From Lama guanicoe (Eukaryota), in NCBI GenBank assembly GCA_013239625.1, contig MU053557.1, positions 875,063 to 939,062 of the forward strand: a DNA stretch of 64,000 nt, read 5' to 3'. Below, in pieces: positions 48,761-61,519 of this stretch. Numbering within the stretch: the first letter of the stretch is position 1; each line of letters opens with the position of its first letter. Under the pieces are notes generated by a model, which saw only the letters and a list, made by a program, of their open reading frames with translations, was not told where the DNA came from and did not search any database. The position numbers and the translations under genes were made by a program.

Positions 48761-51700
48761 ATATAACTAGAAAGTTTTCTTCTAAGATAACAGAAGTTGC
48801 CTTTTTCAAGACTCTATTGAGGGATCTTAGAATCTATTGCTTTTCATATTTTTCATACCTTTCATATATTTTTCACCTGAATGGCAGAAGCTAAAGAGTT
48901 TCTCAGAACAACTTAACCTGCTTCCTTTCACTCCTCAATTCTGCAGAGGCCTCAAGTTATGATTCCCAATTAAAGGAGAGAGTTTTTTGTGGTTTTTTTT
49001 TGAGCAGGAAAGTCGTTTATTAAAATTAGGTTTACTCTCCAACCTATATGTGGGATAAATGGCACATGAGGACACAGGAAGGACCGGCTGGTGAACTGAT
49101 AGCTGTTGTTGTGTTGTGTATGTTAGTCACCCCACAAGGCTCAACTCTGACTTTACTGGTTCTGCCCCATCAAGAGATAATGGCCAAGAGGAAGACATCA
49201 GTTATATGTTCGAAAGGACAAACCAGTGAAATAACACAGGGTTGAAACACAAATCTCACTTTTTAGGGGGAAGCTCTATTAAAATCAAACTTTAATCATG
49301 GATGGTGGAATAGAACACAGGCAGTTAGGAGCTGCTAAAATATTAACACGTCTATTAAAACAGAAACCCGGGCACTTTATTATCTTCATGGCCAGCCCTG
49401 GGATTTCATAATTAAGTCTTTCAGTTTGATTTATATACACTCTAAGCAAACTTTCAAAGTGAGTTTGAGAGGCTTTGTACTTGGAGCATGAATGCACTGC
49501 ATTTCCCAAGGAAGTTTGGAACTGGGGGTTTCATCACATCAACACCCTGGCTCAGAGGCAGGTGATCTGAGAACCTTCTCTTGAGCACACTTATCCATTA
49601 ACTATGAGGAGGACCTCAGACATCTCCCCCAGCAAGCTGAATCTTCAGTAGGGAAGCAGAGAGGGAAACAAGTATCAGTCGCAGCGTGTTACTTTCTCTT
49701 GGTCTCATCTCTTTGGGACTGCAAGTGGGCACTTCTCTCGTCTCCCACCTAAGCCTTTGGCTGGTTCAGAATACTTCCCCACTGGCCAGAGTAAGGGGAA
49801 AGATGCACCCCTTCCACATTTAGAAACCGTATTCCTTTTAACCCCCCAAGAAGTACTTTGGTATTGAGAAGTATTGGATCTAACATAATCCTGAGATTGA
49901 ACGTGTGGCAAATTCTCAGATAATCTGGGCTCGAACATACTATGTCAAATTAACCCATCTCAAGGAACAGGATTGGTGAATCAAAGGAAAGAATGAAGCC
50001 TAATACAGTACAGACTTAAAGGTGGCATTTTATCCAGCAACACATAACAATCGTGGTTTCAAAAGACCCAAGGAAGGGAGGAAGGGAGGAACGGAGGAAG
50101 GGAGTGAATCACCCAGAAGATGTGTGTAGTTAGTGTTACTACAATGAGAGAGAGAGAGAAGACAGCATTGCTACAGGAAAGCAGAGTATCAGATTTAAAA
50201 GTGTTAGGTTTACTTTGGGATATCCACTTTGAGCATTTGAAAATGACCAGTTGACTTTGGTCATTTGCCAAATCATGTGCCAAAACTGGACCTAAATGAA
50301 ATAGTCTCACCACCATGATGATAGCATAAAAGCTGAGTGGGGGACAAAAAGAAAGAAACACAAACAAGCAGCACTCCAAGAGAACAGGTCAAAACCCTGG
50401 ACCTTCTTTAAGTGCTCACACTGGCAGAGAATCTGGCCACTTTTCTCTGAAGTTCCAGGCTTCAGCGCCTGTTACTCAAGAAACAGTACCGGCTGCCCTC
50501 AGCGTATCTCACTAATCGTACCTGAGATGGAGGAGCTGGCTGGTAAAAATCATTCAGTCCGGTGCTGTCACAGGTGTACCCAATGAATGGGTGCCTGGGA
50601 GGAGGTGGAGGAGGATCTAAATGAATTTGGTCCCGTGGGCTCTTTCTTTCCTGCAGATAGAGCCAGAGGCTCCTGTTTGCATTATTGGGAAGGTGATCTG
50701 TAATTAAAACTCATCGTAGACAGCTTGTGGAGGGACAACTGTTTGTCCCTGTATCCTTGAACTTTCTACCCCTTGCAGCTCATGTCCCTCCTCCTCTGAG
50801 TTGATGTCCCAACTCCACGTGCCCAGGACAGCCTCTGATGCTTCAGAGTCTCTTGCCAAAGTCCGCAAGCCAACAAGCTTTGACTTCTTAGTCTGACCAC
50901 ATTTCCACCTCACCATCGAAAGGGACCTGAAATATATCCCATTCCTCTGGTTTTCCTCTCACCTTGATGTTAGAGAGAAGCTGTTTCATCCTTAGTTGTC
51001 AGTCTTTCCTCACCAGTTCCTGATGTCTTCGTCTTTGTGGATTTTCATAGGAGACCCTGAATACAGAATGCCCTAAGAGAAGAGATGACAGAATTCATGC
51101 TGACTGTGGAACCTTGGGAAACGTCCTGAATTAGTATGAATTGCAATGTACTAATTTGGCATATCAAAGAAGAGTCATTTTATTTCACAGGTTTAAAGAT
51201 TAAAATGTGATTATAGCTATATAAAATTCACTAATAAACTATTAAACTTTGAGTCACTGTTGTTGGTGTTAACTGTTTTCAACATGGTGGAATTCTTGAC
51301 TGGCCAGTGAAAGAAGCACTTTGGGCACAAGAGGAAAGGTGCTTCCATCAAAATTCTCCTCCCATACCCTGTAGTAGCTACCTGGTTTTAGCTTGGCCTT
51401 AATCTGGGACTGGGATTTTGAAATGTACTAGCTCTTTGGAAGAGTTAATTTCTCTAAGATCTCAGAGGTGGCCCCCCTCTGACTGCAGTGTGACCTCTAG
51501 AAAAGCTGTTCACTGTAACACTGAGCCCAGTCAAACTCAGTAAATTTAGCAGATGGGGATAAGACATGGATTGGGATTGAGGAGGACTGAAGTCTCAAAT
51601 TTCTTTTGATAAGAAATTGGCACACCATCATTCTTACTAGTATCCTAGCCTTGCTGGAGAAATAACGGTGAGTCAGTAGACCCTAAGCCCATATATGTGT

Positions 51701-51907
51701 ATGTCAACTCTGTGCTCTTCTTAAGTTCTTATGCTGTGTACTTTTTTTGCTACATAAGTTAAAATTCAGGAAGTTACCCATCCAACCAGTCTCTAACTTA
51801 TTTTCTTTCAGTAAAAATTATCTTTGTTAAAAAATGAAGTTTTAAAAATTTGCCCTTATCTTTCAAAAAATAAAAGCATTCATAAAACCAGAGGTACCCA
51901 TATCAAC

Positions 51908-52151
51908 TTTTTATTTTTTTGTTTTTTGTTTTGTTTTGTTTTTAAGATTCTGCATATGAGCGATCTCATATGGTATTTTTCTTTCTCTTTCTGGCTTACT
52001 TCACTTAGAATGACATTCTCCAGTAATATCCATGTTGCTGCAAATGGCGTTATGTTTTTGGTTTTTATGGCTGAGTAGTATTCCATTGTATAAATATACC
52101 ACATGTTCTTTATCCAGTCAAATGTCGATGGACATTTAGGCTGTTTCCATG
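51908..52151 (-). mobile_element. Young L1 ORF2 C-terminal fragment, camelid-like, lacking the 3'UTR
   Basis: Translates MWYIYTMEYYSAIK...[28 protein letters not shown], the L1 ORF2 C-terminus; patterned A-tail; similar to 11800-11977. Confidence 0.93.
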
Positions 52152-55100
52152 AATTTTATATTTTTTTGTTTTGTCACATGGGCATAACACAAATCAAATT
52201 TTCTAAGAGAGTGTCTCCTTGTTATTAATATTAATTATTATTACTACTACTTTATCTTCTGCACCTGATAATAACCAGGGAATGTTGACTGTTCTTTCAG
52301 CCAGCTTTGTAAGGGGGCGCCCAAATTAGAATGGGCTACATTTCTGCAATTACATAAATGTCGAATCTAGCATTTATTTTCTCGTAGAAATAATGGCAAA
52401 GTTTGTGGTTAGGGTCCTAATTAGATATCAGAAGCTTTTCAAAGTCATTACAATTTCTTTGGGAAGTCCCTGGGGTTTCATATGTAAAGATTTCTCATTG
52501 AAAGCTCGATGTTGAGAAGTAAGCCGCTCTCCAAGCTCATTCTCTTCTCCCTGCCCTGGTGGTGTGGGATGCCTCCTTCCCCTTACCAGGAGTTGTTTGT
52601 ACGAGTCATGTCTTTTTTCTGGGTTAGGCCATGTTTTAATTCCTTTTAAGAAAGCATGAGGCTCGGGCTTTACAGTCTTGATGGAGAGATGTTCATGGTG
52701 ACAAATTACAAACAAAAAACAATAGCCCTGAAGTTTCAAGCCACCAGGACTGCGGGGTCCGTCCAGGCAGTTGCGCTGCCCTTTTGTTGTGCGTCCCGAC
52801 TCTGTAACACTGTGTTTTGAGGTTACCGTGCTTCGAAGGCAGTGCAGCAGCTTCAACCTGCTGCTTGAGATTTCCTCCTTTTTCTTTTCAAGCATGTGAG
52901 ATGAGGGGGACCCTGCACCTCATCATCTGAGCGATTTTGTTCACAACCAGACCTCTGCGTCGGAGCTGAGACGAAAGGTTCTCATCCCCTTTCATAGCTG
53001 CTCCTGGGAGGCGTGACCTGTGATAAAAGTACCCACTCAGAGCTCCATTATCTCATCTGAGGCGTGCTCTGCGCTCAGCATCACTCCCTCTGTTCTTCAG
53101 GAGTGCCGGTACCTGGCAAGCAGGCAAAACGTCTGAACGCATTTCTCATGCAGACTTCAAAAGTGTCAGCTATTTCTTTGGTGCAATAATGAGGGCTCTT
53201 CATTCTGAGAAGGGTGCACTTGGATCTTTGTTTATCCTCACTGAGGACGCTACGTAAAAGTAACTATTTTTATTAATTTTTTTTCCAATAAAGAAGAAAG
53301 TATCGTTGAATATCTGATAACTTCTTTAGGGAAATCTGGAGATACAAAGACTGTTCATCCTAAGCTTTCCTGAAAGAGGAATATGGTAATACAAATATAA
53401 TGGCCAAAGCCAGTGCAAGACATTGATTCACAAAATTGAAATTTGGGGGTTGGTATCTACCATGTACAGATATTCCTGTAGGCACTGCAGATACAGCAGT
53501 AGAACAGAGACAGCAATTTCTTGGTCTCAGAGTGCTTACATTTGAGAGCGTATCTGGAGCCCTTAAGTTTTGAGATAATTGGTGCAAGCATAGGTCCTAC
53601 GAGGTCATAAGCTGCCTGCTGCCTCGGGTGGCCCCGACTGCAGCATCTCCCAGTAAGCTGTCGCAGGCCCTTCTTCCTTTCCTTCGGCATGGCAACACTG
53701 TGGGGTATGCACAGTGCTGAGCCTGGAGCAGATGGGGGAGGGGCAATTGGGAGAGTCTCACTCAACTTTCTTCTGCTTCTACGTGACCCCCTCCCTTCCG
53801 AAGTGGGAGACTACTTCCCCTTAGCCAAAACCCATTTTCATACCTAATGGGTTACTGAGTGTGGTACCCCAGCACCACACGACAAGACGGAGGCACATTT
53901 CAACTTCTGCAACAGTTCCTGCTTTTACTAGGGAATAGAGCATTCTCTTGCTGTGGGAGAGATTACGGTGGCAGATAATTTGGGGACCAAGAGAAGGTCG
54001 AGAGGGAAAAGAGAAGGAAGTTCAATGAGGACTATAGTGATGCAGTTTGGTGTGGGGCTGTGGGGCAAAGCCCAGCTGCTCTGATCCCCCTGGCTAGGTG
54101 ATGGGATGGCTAGGGCAAGACTGGTTGAACCAGTCATGGAATGGAGAGAGCTGGGTTTGGAGGGCCGTTATGGCTGAATGACGGAGCAGGGGACTGTAGC
54201 AGTCTAAAAGCTTACTGGTGGGGTGAAGGAAGGGAAGGCATGTTTCTAGGTAGGACTGGCAGTGTTCAGAGAGCATTTAAGCATTGAAGCGGAGTCTTTG
54301 ACAGCCTGTGGTGTTTATGAAAGGGACTCCCATAGGTTGGTGGTGCACGAGCTGAGAGTGCCTGCACCTAGGTTCCGTTCTCCAGGCATTATTGCTTGGT
54401 GCCCTGCATCATGCCTGATTCTCTTGCAGCAGCATTACAGACGGGAAGCTTATCCCCACATTTGAAATGCTATAAACACAAGCTTGATTCAAAGATAAAC
54501 CGTAAGTCATTGCCATATCTCCTATTATGACATTTTTAAATTGTGCCAAACTTCCATCATCCTCTACCCATTGCAATAAATATACAGTACACACATCATC
54601 TTCAAATAATAGGAGCAGGAGTATGTTTTTGGAGCATCACCTTTTTCTCTAAGCATATCTAAAGAGGCACATTAATTCTGTATATGCATACACTATTTTA
54701 AGCTCTTTATATATTTTCACTATGTTTAATTCTTTATGTGTTTCTCTCACACACACAATCAAAAAAAAAAGCATAATCTTACTGGGGTTTTGGTCAATAG
54801 GGATAGCAAGAGGATAGTGTGTGACTTTTCGACCTTTAACACTAACATTTTAACTCAAAGTATGTGTGTGCTTTTAACTAAAATTAACTGTGACTGAAAC
54901 ATAACCTGTCCCTCAACTCACTGTGTACTTCTTTCTTCTCTCTGCCTTACTCTATCACTTTGTTCCTGTCTGTGCGTCCCCTTCTCGCCCCCAACATGAT
55001 GTACCTAGACTCCCTAGGACCATGTTACAGTGCAGTTTGAGTATCAAACGCCTCTTGCTTATTTTCCATTCAGTTGAGGAAGGTACACTGCCATGGTCTC

Positions 55101-55579
55101 AGATTTACTCTTCATTTTCCTTAATGCATGATTCAACGACTTCACTTAATGAGTGAATGTATTTTTTATGTGATAAATCAAGAGCCTGGTAGATCTAGGC
55201 TTTTGAATTCATTTTGGCCACACTTTCTTTGGTACTGTACCCCCATCTCTTTTTTTTCTTGGTGAATGTAAAACAATCAATCTCTTACAATGACTGTAAG
55301 GACGAGCATTTGTGAAGATACCTGGAAATGGTCCTTCCCTCGATATTCTTTTACACCTTGTGCTATACAGAGTTTTTATTCAAGAGTTGTATTTGAAGAT
55401 CTGAGAGGAGGGAGAATGCAGAAATTTTCTAAATAAAATATACACATAGCCATAGATGGAAAGTAAACTTGAAGCTTAAGTGAGATGGTTGAGGAAACAA
55501 ATGAAGCTATGCTCAGATGAAGTACAAACTTGTAATGGAAAGGCAATAATCACTGGACTATATGTATGTAAATGTCATG

Positions 55580-56150
55580 AGTACTTAATGAATCTGTGGC
55601 CAGATGGCCTAGTTGATTAAAGGATGTTGCATCTACTTGGTCACTCAAATGACCAGGGTGGAGTGGCCCTCGTATGCCAAATATTTTGCTTTTCTGTGGG
55701 GACAGAAGATGGAGCAGTGTGGTCCCTGCTGGTAAGAGACCCAGGGTCTGATGTGGGAGCCACTTACAGAGTGCAGCACCGTAGTTTATATGCACGGGAG
55801 AGGAGCCCCATGTCAAAGGGCAGACGAGGGGTAGGTAACTCAGCCTCTAGGGACATTGGGTTGGGCATTGTGGGAATCAGGAGACTTTCTGGAGGAGGTG
55901 CAATTAAGCTGACTCTTCCTTGATGAGTTACCCAGGTAGAGGGAAGAGGGGACGGGGAAGGTGTTTGGGCAGAAAGGACAGTCTGAATAATGTCAATGAG
56001 GCAAGAAATTTTATGTACAGATGCTTAGGTGTGAATAAAGGGTGTGGGAAGAAGACCAGGTTAAGCAGAGAATCAAATCCCAGATAAAGAGTCCCTTCTG
56101 TCTTGCAAAGAAGACAGTCTGGTGCCAATGAGGCCAAACTGAAGACTGAG
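55580..56150 (-). mobile_element. Degraded L2 fragment
   Basis: gggaatcaggagactttctggaggaggtgcaattaagctga; ggggaaggtgtttgggcagaaaggacag. Confidence 0.65.
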
Positions 56151-56669
56151 AAATAGAACGGTAACAGTATCAGAGATACAGATCCTACCTTAAATTTATG
56201 TGCTGTGATAATTATTATTATGTTGCAAAATATCTTCATGAATATTCTCATTTGACAGAGAGAACCTAGCAAGGTGTAAGTAGGGTAATAATACTGTGAA
56301 AATTAGGGATGAGAAAAATATAGGGATTTTAGGAATTTGACCAACATCTTATAACTTGTTGGTACCCGATCAGGGCTGGGTCAGGGATTTTGTACCATGA
56401 CCCGTGCAGTACACCACCTGCCCATGTAACCAGGGCATCTTAGCTCAGGGTAATACCCTGAAATCCAGGCTTCCCACCTGTGGGGTTGGTCAGATGGACT
56501 TGTGTTTGGCAGAGTAGGGCAAGGCTAACTCCACTGATGGGGAAAAAGACTCATATTGTATGTATTCATTCTCTTCACATGAGAGAAACAGAATAAGGAA
56601 TAATAAAAAATTATAAGCAATATTAGTAATTAGTAAATAATATATTTCTAATTATAGTATACTAATTAT

Positions 56670-56895
56670 AATAAGCACCACTAACACGGATTACAAATAC
56701 ATTTATTTCGGGGGCCAAGCACCAAACTCTTTCCATTTACCTCTTAAACAATCCCATGGGGCAGGTACTGCTATTGCTCCCATTTTGCAGGTGAGCAAAA
56801 TGAGGCTGGGCAACGTGCTCAGGTCACACCAGTGACAAGTAGAAGTGCGATGACGCTGAGGTCTGTTGATGTCACAGCCCAAGCTCATCACCACC
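56670..56895 (-). mobile_element. MIR SINE
   Basis: acaatcccatggggcaggtactgctattgctcccattttgcaggtgagcaaaatgaggct...aggtcacac. Confidence 0.85.
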
Positions 56896-57774
56896 GTGTG
56901 AAACTGCCTTTCTCATGCACTGCAGCTTCACTTGTACAACACCTGTGCTATACCTTATGTGAATTGTTGATATTTAATAAACCATATGGGGACTTCTTTC
57001 TCTGTTCCAAGAATTCTGCTACAGAGGCTGCTGTTCTGTAGCTAAAGGAACCCCATTCTGGAATGTTTACTAACTACTCCTTGGTCCTGCTGTTTAAAAA
57101 ATAAAAGGAAGGGGAAAAAAGGTAAATGTCTTAGACCTTAATAGAATTTGGTTTACTGTTTCTTATTTCATCTTCAGAAATCTATTAGAAACTGTCCCTT
57201 GAATATAAACCTGAAGTACGAACCAAAGGAATGATGGAAGCTGAACACACTGAAAACCTGTTAATTTTCAATAGTGTTTGAACTTCAGGTTTGGCTTGTG
57301 TTCCCAAGAACCCGACAGGATGCAGGGCTGTCTTCTTGCATTTCAGTGTGTTTGCAGCTATTTTCTCTCTCCCTGTTGTAGGGGACACACAATCAGGTAT
57401 TAAGATGTGACAGAATGATGGAAATGAGGAAGTGAAGAAGGCACATGGGAAGGCAGTAATTAACCGGAATGCATATTTATCATAGTCTGTCATTGTTTAC
57501 AAACAACATAATGATTCCTGATTGTGGAATTAAACTCCAGGCTTCTAGTTTGTGAAGTCAATCAAACAACCCCAGCAGGTGCAGATCAGCAGAAGGACTA
57601 ACCAAGTATGTGTTCTGATATACAGGATAGAGCTGGAGACATCTTCTGTCAAAAACTGATTGATTGCTGAAGATTTGAATAATCAGTATATCAGGATGCC
57701 TTAACCATTGACACAGCCATAACGTAACAGGGAAGAACGGGACTTAAAAGAAACAGAAACAGAATCATCCTCCA

Positions 57775-58610
57775 TTCTAATACCCAGCCTGGACAAATCC
57801 TTTGCTTTCCTGACCCTCACTTTCCTCATCTGTAAAATGGGAATAAGGGCATCTCTCTCACAGGGTCCCTGCTCTCCATCTCCATGCTTGACAGTCACCA
57901 TCATGAGTCCATGCGTGGACTCCATGACAGCCTTCTACCTGGCTTCCCTACCTCCATTCTCACTCACCTACAATCTGTTCTCTAGAGAGCACCATGAGTA
58001 AGCTCATAATGAAAATCAATCACATCTTGTAATTCCTCTATTAAAACCATCATTCCTTTTTCCCTGGTATAAAATCCTAACTCCTGGCTGTAGCCTTTGA
58101 GGTTCTGTACAGTTTGGCCCCTGTTTCGCTCTCCAACCTGATTTTCCATCATTTCTCCTCTCAACATTTTCAAGCCATGCAGGTCTTCTTTCTGTTTCTT
58201 GCACATTCTGTCTTATTCACATCTCAGGACCTTCTCCTCTGATTTTTTGCTTGTAATGACTTACACCTGGTCTTCACAGGCTGTCTTCTTTTGGACAGTA
58301 GGTCCTCTCTGAAATATCAGCTTCTTTGGAGATACTGTCTGACCACTCTATTGATTGCAACTCTCTCTCTCCAACTCACTTCATCATATTATCTTGTTTT
58401 ATTTTCTGTGTAGCCCTCACTACCTGAAATTTTATATTTTACTTGTTAGCTGTTTATCTTCCTTACTAGAACACAAAATCCCTGTGGCCACCTGGGTACC
58501 CATTGCCTAAGAGTGCAATCAAGTATTAATTTAGTGCTGAGTGAACAAATGTGAGGATCAAATGAGGTATAATCAATGGAAATGGCTCCCTAATCTATTG
58601 TGTTGCACAA
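57775..58610 (+). mobile_element. MIR (57775-57867, 58550-58610) split by an L2 3' fragment (~57868-58549)
   Basis: cctcactttcctcatctgtaaaatgggaat...cacagggt resumes as tgtgaggatcaaatgag; L2 motifs ggtataaaatcctaactcct and tail gctgagtgaacaaat lie between. Confidence 0.8.
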
Positions 58611-59057
58611 CCACTCGGTTTCATAATTTCTTCTCTCCTGCTAAGTCATTGTCAAAATGGAATGAGCATAATTTTCAGCCAAGAACTCTTTCAAATGGGA
58701 ACTTACTTTCTAGGGACTTATAGTTTAATGAAAGACCAGATGAGTACAAAGAGTAAAATAAATTATTTTACAAAAAAAATTAAGATACCCTATATTCACT
58801 TTGCCAAGGTCAGCTTTCTCTTTTGCACCATGTAATTCTATATACCACGCTATATAACTGTATGGATGCACGTATGTCACAGAGAGTTATTGAAACAAGG
58901 GGTATGTATAGAATTAGAGGAGAGTCTTGGGAAAAGGGAATTTGAAATACTGTTGATGCAGGGAGAGAGCAGGATTTATCAATTTGGACATTTTACAGGC
59001 CCGTAAGAATTCCCAAATTTCACTAATTACCTCCATCCTCCCAAATCCTCCAGTCCC

Positions 59058-59497
59058 TTTTTTTTCATATATCTTTTTGCCATTTGTATGTCTTCATTGA
59101 GAAAAAAAAAATCTATTCAGTTCCACTGCTCATTTTTAAATCAGATTGTTTGCTTATTTTGTTTGTTTGTTGCAATTGAGTTATATGAATTTTTTAATAT
59201 ATTTTACATGTTAATAACCCCTTATCAGATGCATTGTATGCAAATATATTCTTCCATTCCATAGGTTGCCTTTTTATTTTGTTGGTTGTTCGTTCTGCTG
59301 TATAAAAGCTTTTTAGTTTGATATGGTCCCACTTGATTGATTTTTTGCTTTTGTTGCTCGTGCTTTTGGTGTCACATCCCAAAAAAAAAAAAAAAAAAAT
59401 CATTGCCATGACCAGTTATCAAGGACTTTACTCCTATGTTTTCTTCTAGGAGTGTTATGGTTTTAGGCTTTATGTTTAATACTTTAATCCATTTTGA
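59058..59497 (-). mobile_element. L1 ORF2 fragment, non-inverted arm
   Basis: Minus-strand translations SKWIKVLNIKPKTITLLEENIG and KWDHIKLKSFYTA...KRQPMEWKNIFA. Confidence 0.92.
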
Positions 59498-59886
59498 TTT
59501 AATGCAAACTCTATCAAAATGCCAATGATATTTTTCACATAAATAGAAAAAAATCCTAAAATTTACATGGAACCACAAGAGACCCTGCATAACCAAAGCA
59601 ATCCTAAGGAATAAGAACAGAGCTGGAGGCATCACACTCCCTGGTCTCAGATTACATTACAAAGTGATAATAATCAAAACAGTATGGCATTAGCATAAAA
59701 ATAGACACAGACCAGTGGAACAGAATCAAGAGCCCAAAAATAAACTCTCACACATACAGTCAACTCATATTTGACAAGGGAGCCCAAAACACTCACTGGG
59801 GAAAGGCTAGTCTCTGCAATAAGTTGTGGTGGGAAAACTTTATAACCACATGCAGAAGGATGAAATTTGACCCTTACCTTACACCA
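59496..59886 (+). mobile_element. L1 ORF2 fragment, inverted arm
   Basis: Plus-strand translation FNANSIKMPMIFFT*IEK ... RRMKFDPYLTP. Confidence 0.92.
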
Positions 59887-60784
59887 CTCTTCTGGTTCTA
59901 AGTTTTTTCCCCATCTATTTTCCAAATCTTAACAATTAAGAGTATGTTACTAAAGGTGTAATTATTAATGCAAAGGGGAAAATATATCTTATAACCAGAA
60001 ACCGAGCAATGTAGAATTTCGGTCTAACTTTCCCATGGTTATCAGAGGAATCATAATATTTATTTTCTATCCCCTTTGGTCTGGGAATCATTAGTGCTAC
60101 TTTATATTGGTAGCACTCCTTTTCTTTCATTGCTTACTGGGTACATCAGTCAATCCACTTGAATATCGGTTTTAAGTGAATTAACCATAGAGGTTATGGT
60201 GGGCTCCACAGTTGAAGGATATTGCTTCCTATAAGAAGGGTGCATTGGGCAATCTTATGAAGTTGTGCATTATGTGTAATTAATATGATTTAACCAAAAA
60301 AGGCAAATCGTATATAAAGGAGTATCAATGAACTATCATCACAGTGCACAATTTACCCCCTCTTTCAGGAATTCTTGTTGCTCTTAGAGCCAATGCATGT
60401 CATGAATGGCAATCCTTGCTCCAGAGCCAAGAGGAGAAAAATTTCTCTTTTAATGGATTTGTTCATCAGCCATGTTTTCCTAAATATTATCAGTTATGTA
60501 CATGGGATCAATTCTTTGGTAGGTAGGTGATGAGAGTAGAAAGTAGAGATATTGGATAAGTGATGGGAAGATGGGCTTTGGGTAGACTGTCAATTGAAAG
60601 AAAAACAAAAACAGGAGATTGCCTATAAAGGTATCTTTATTAAAATTACCCTTTAAATAGTTTACAACTGTGATTGACAGTAACATTTTCAATTTGGGTA
60701 TCAAAGTAATCAACAATCTTTCTTTTTTTAAATTATGTGTTGGACATTGAACCTATTTGAGGTGTTGTGATCATGCTGTGGACA

Positions 60785-60930
60785 AATATCATTTGATTCT
60801 AACCCTCCTACCAGAGCGATGTTGTTATTTCCAACATTTTCAGATGGAGAAACTGCAAGTCACCAGCAGAGTTGTGCCTTCTTCCTGTTTCTCTGACTCT
60901 AAGCCCAGGTTCTGAACCACTGGGCTTTAT
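60785..60930 (-). mobile_element. MIR fragment
   Basis: cattttcagatggagaaactgc...ctctgactctaagcccaggttctgaaccact. Confidence 0.7.
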
Positions 60931-60944
60931 TGCCTGCCTCGCTA

Positions 60945-61170
60945 TGGGAATTCTGGAGTCAGACTGTCCATGTCGGCACACAGCTCGTCTCTTAAAGACT
61001 TCATTTTAGTTGCTTCACTGCTCTGTGCCTCAGTCCACCCTTCTATAAAGTGTGGGTGACAGGAGAGCTACTTCATAGGGATGTTGTAGATCGCAAATGA
61101 GATTCTGCAAGGAAAATGCATAACAACTCTCGGCTTGTTAGTAAACACCCATTAAACGTTGTCTGTGATT
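60945..61170 (+). mobile_element. MIR SINE
   Basis: tctggagtcagactg...ctctgtgcctcagt...tcatagggatgttgt...aaatgagat. Confidence 0.75.
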
Positions 61171-61519
61171 ATTACATGCTATGCATTTAGGCTGTGGCTA
61201 TATGGGAGAATCTCAGGTTAAAGTCGCCTTTGTCCGATTTTGAAATCCTAATTAAAAGAATGGTAATTAGTCAGTGTCCAGTTGGCAGAGATACATGTTC
61301 AGGCTGAGCTGCTAAATTCTGTAAATCTTTCTTTTCTGCTATCATCTGCAGGTGGAAAATAGGTGCTCTTTGCATTTTATGAAAAGTGAAAAGGCAACTC
61401 AGTTTCCTTCCTTCCCTTTCACTGGCCTTCTTTTGGACCTCATAGGGAGTGAAATGGTTGGATCTCTGCCCAGTAAACTCTTTTCAGAAAGACACCGTTT
61501 CACTGAAGCATCACGCATA

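Noticed and set aside
50657..50692. Possible 36-nt in-frame micro-exon (IEPEAPVCIIGK)
   Set aside because: Good acceptor but poor donor (gtgatc) and unrecognised peptide; would need junction reads.
52428..52895. 155-aa minus-strand ORF in unique DNA
   Set aside because: No recognisable homology or splice/promoter context; length is compatible with chance in a GC-richer patch.
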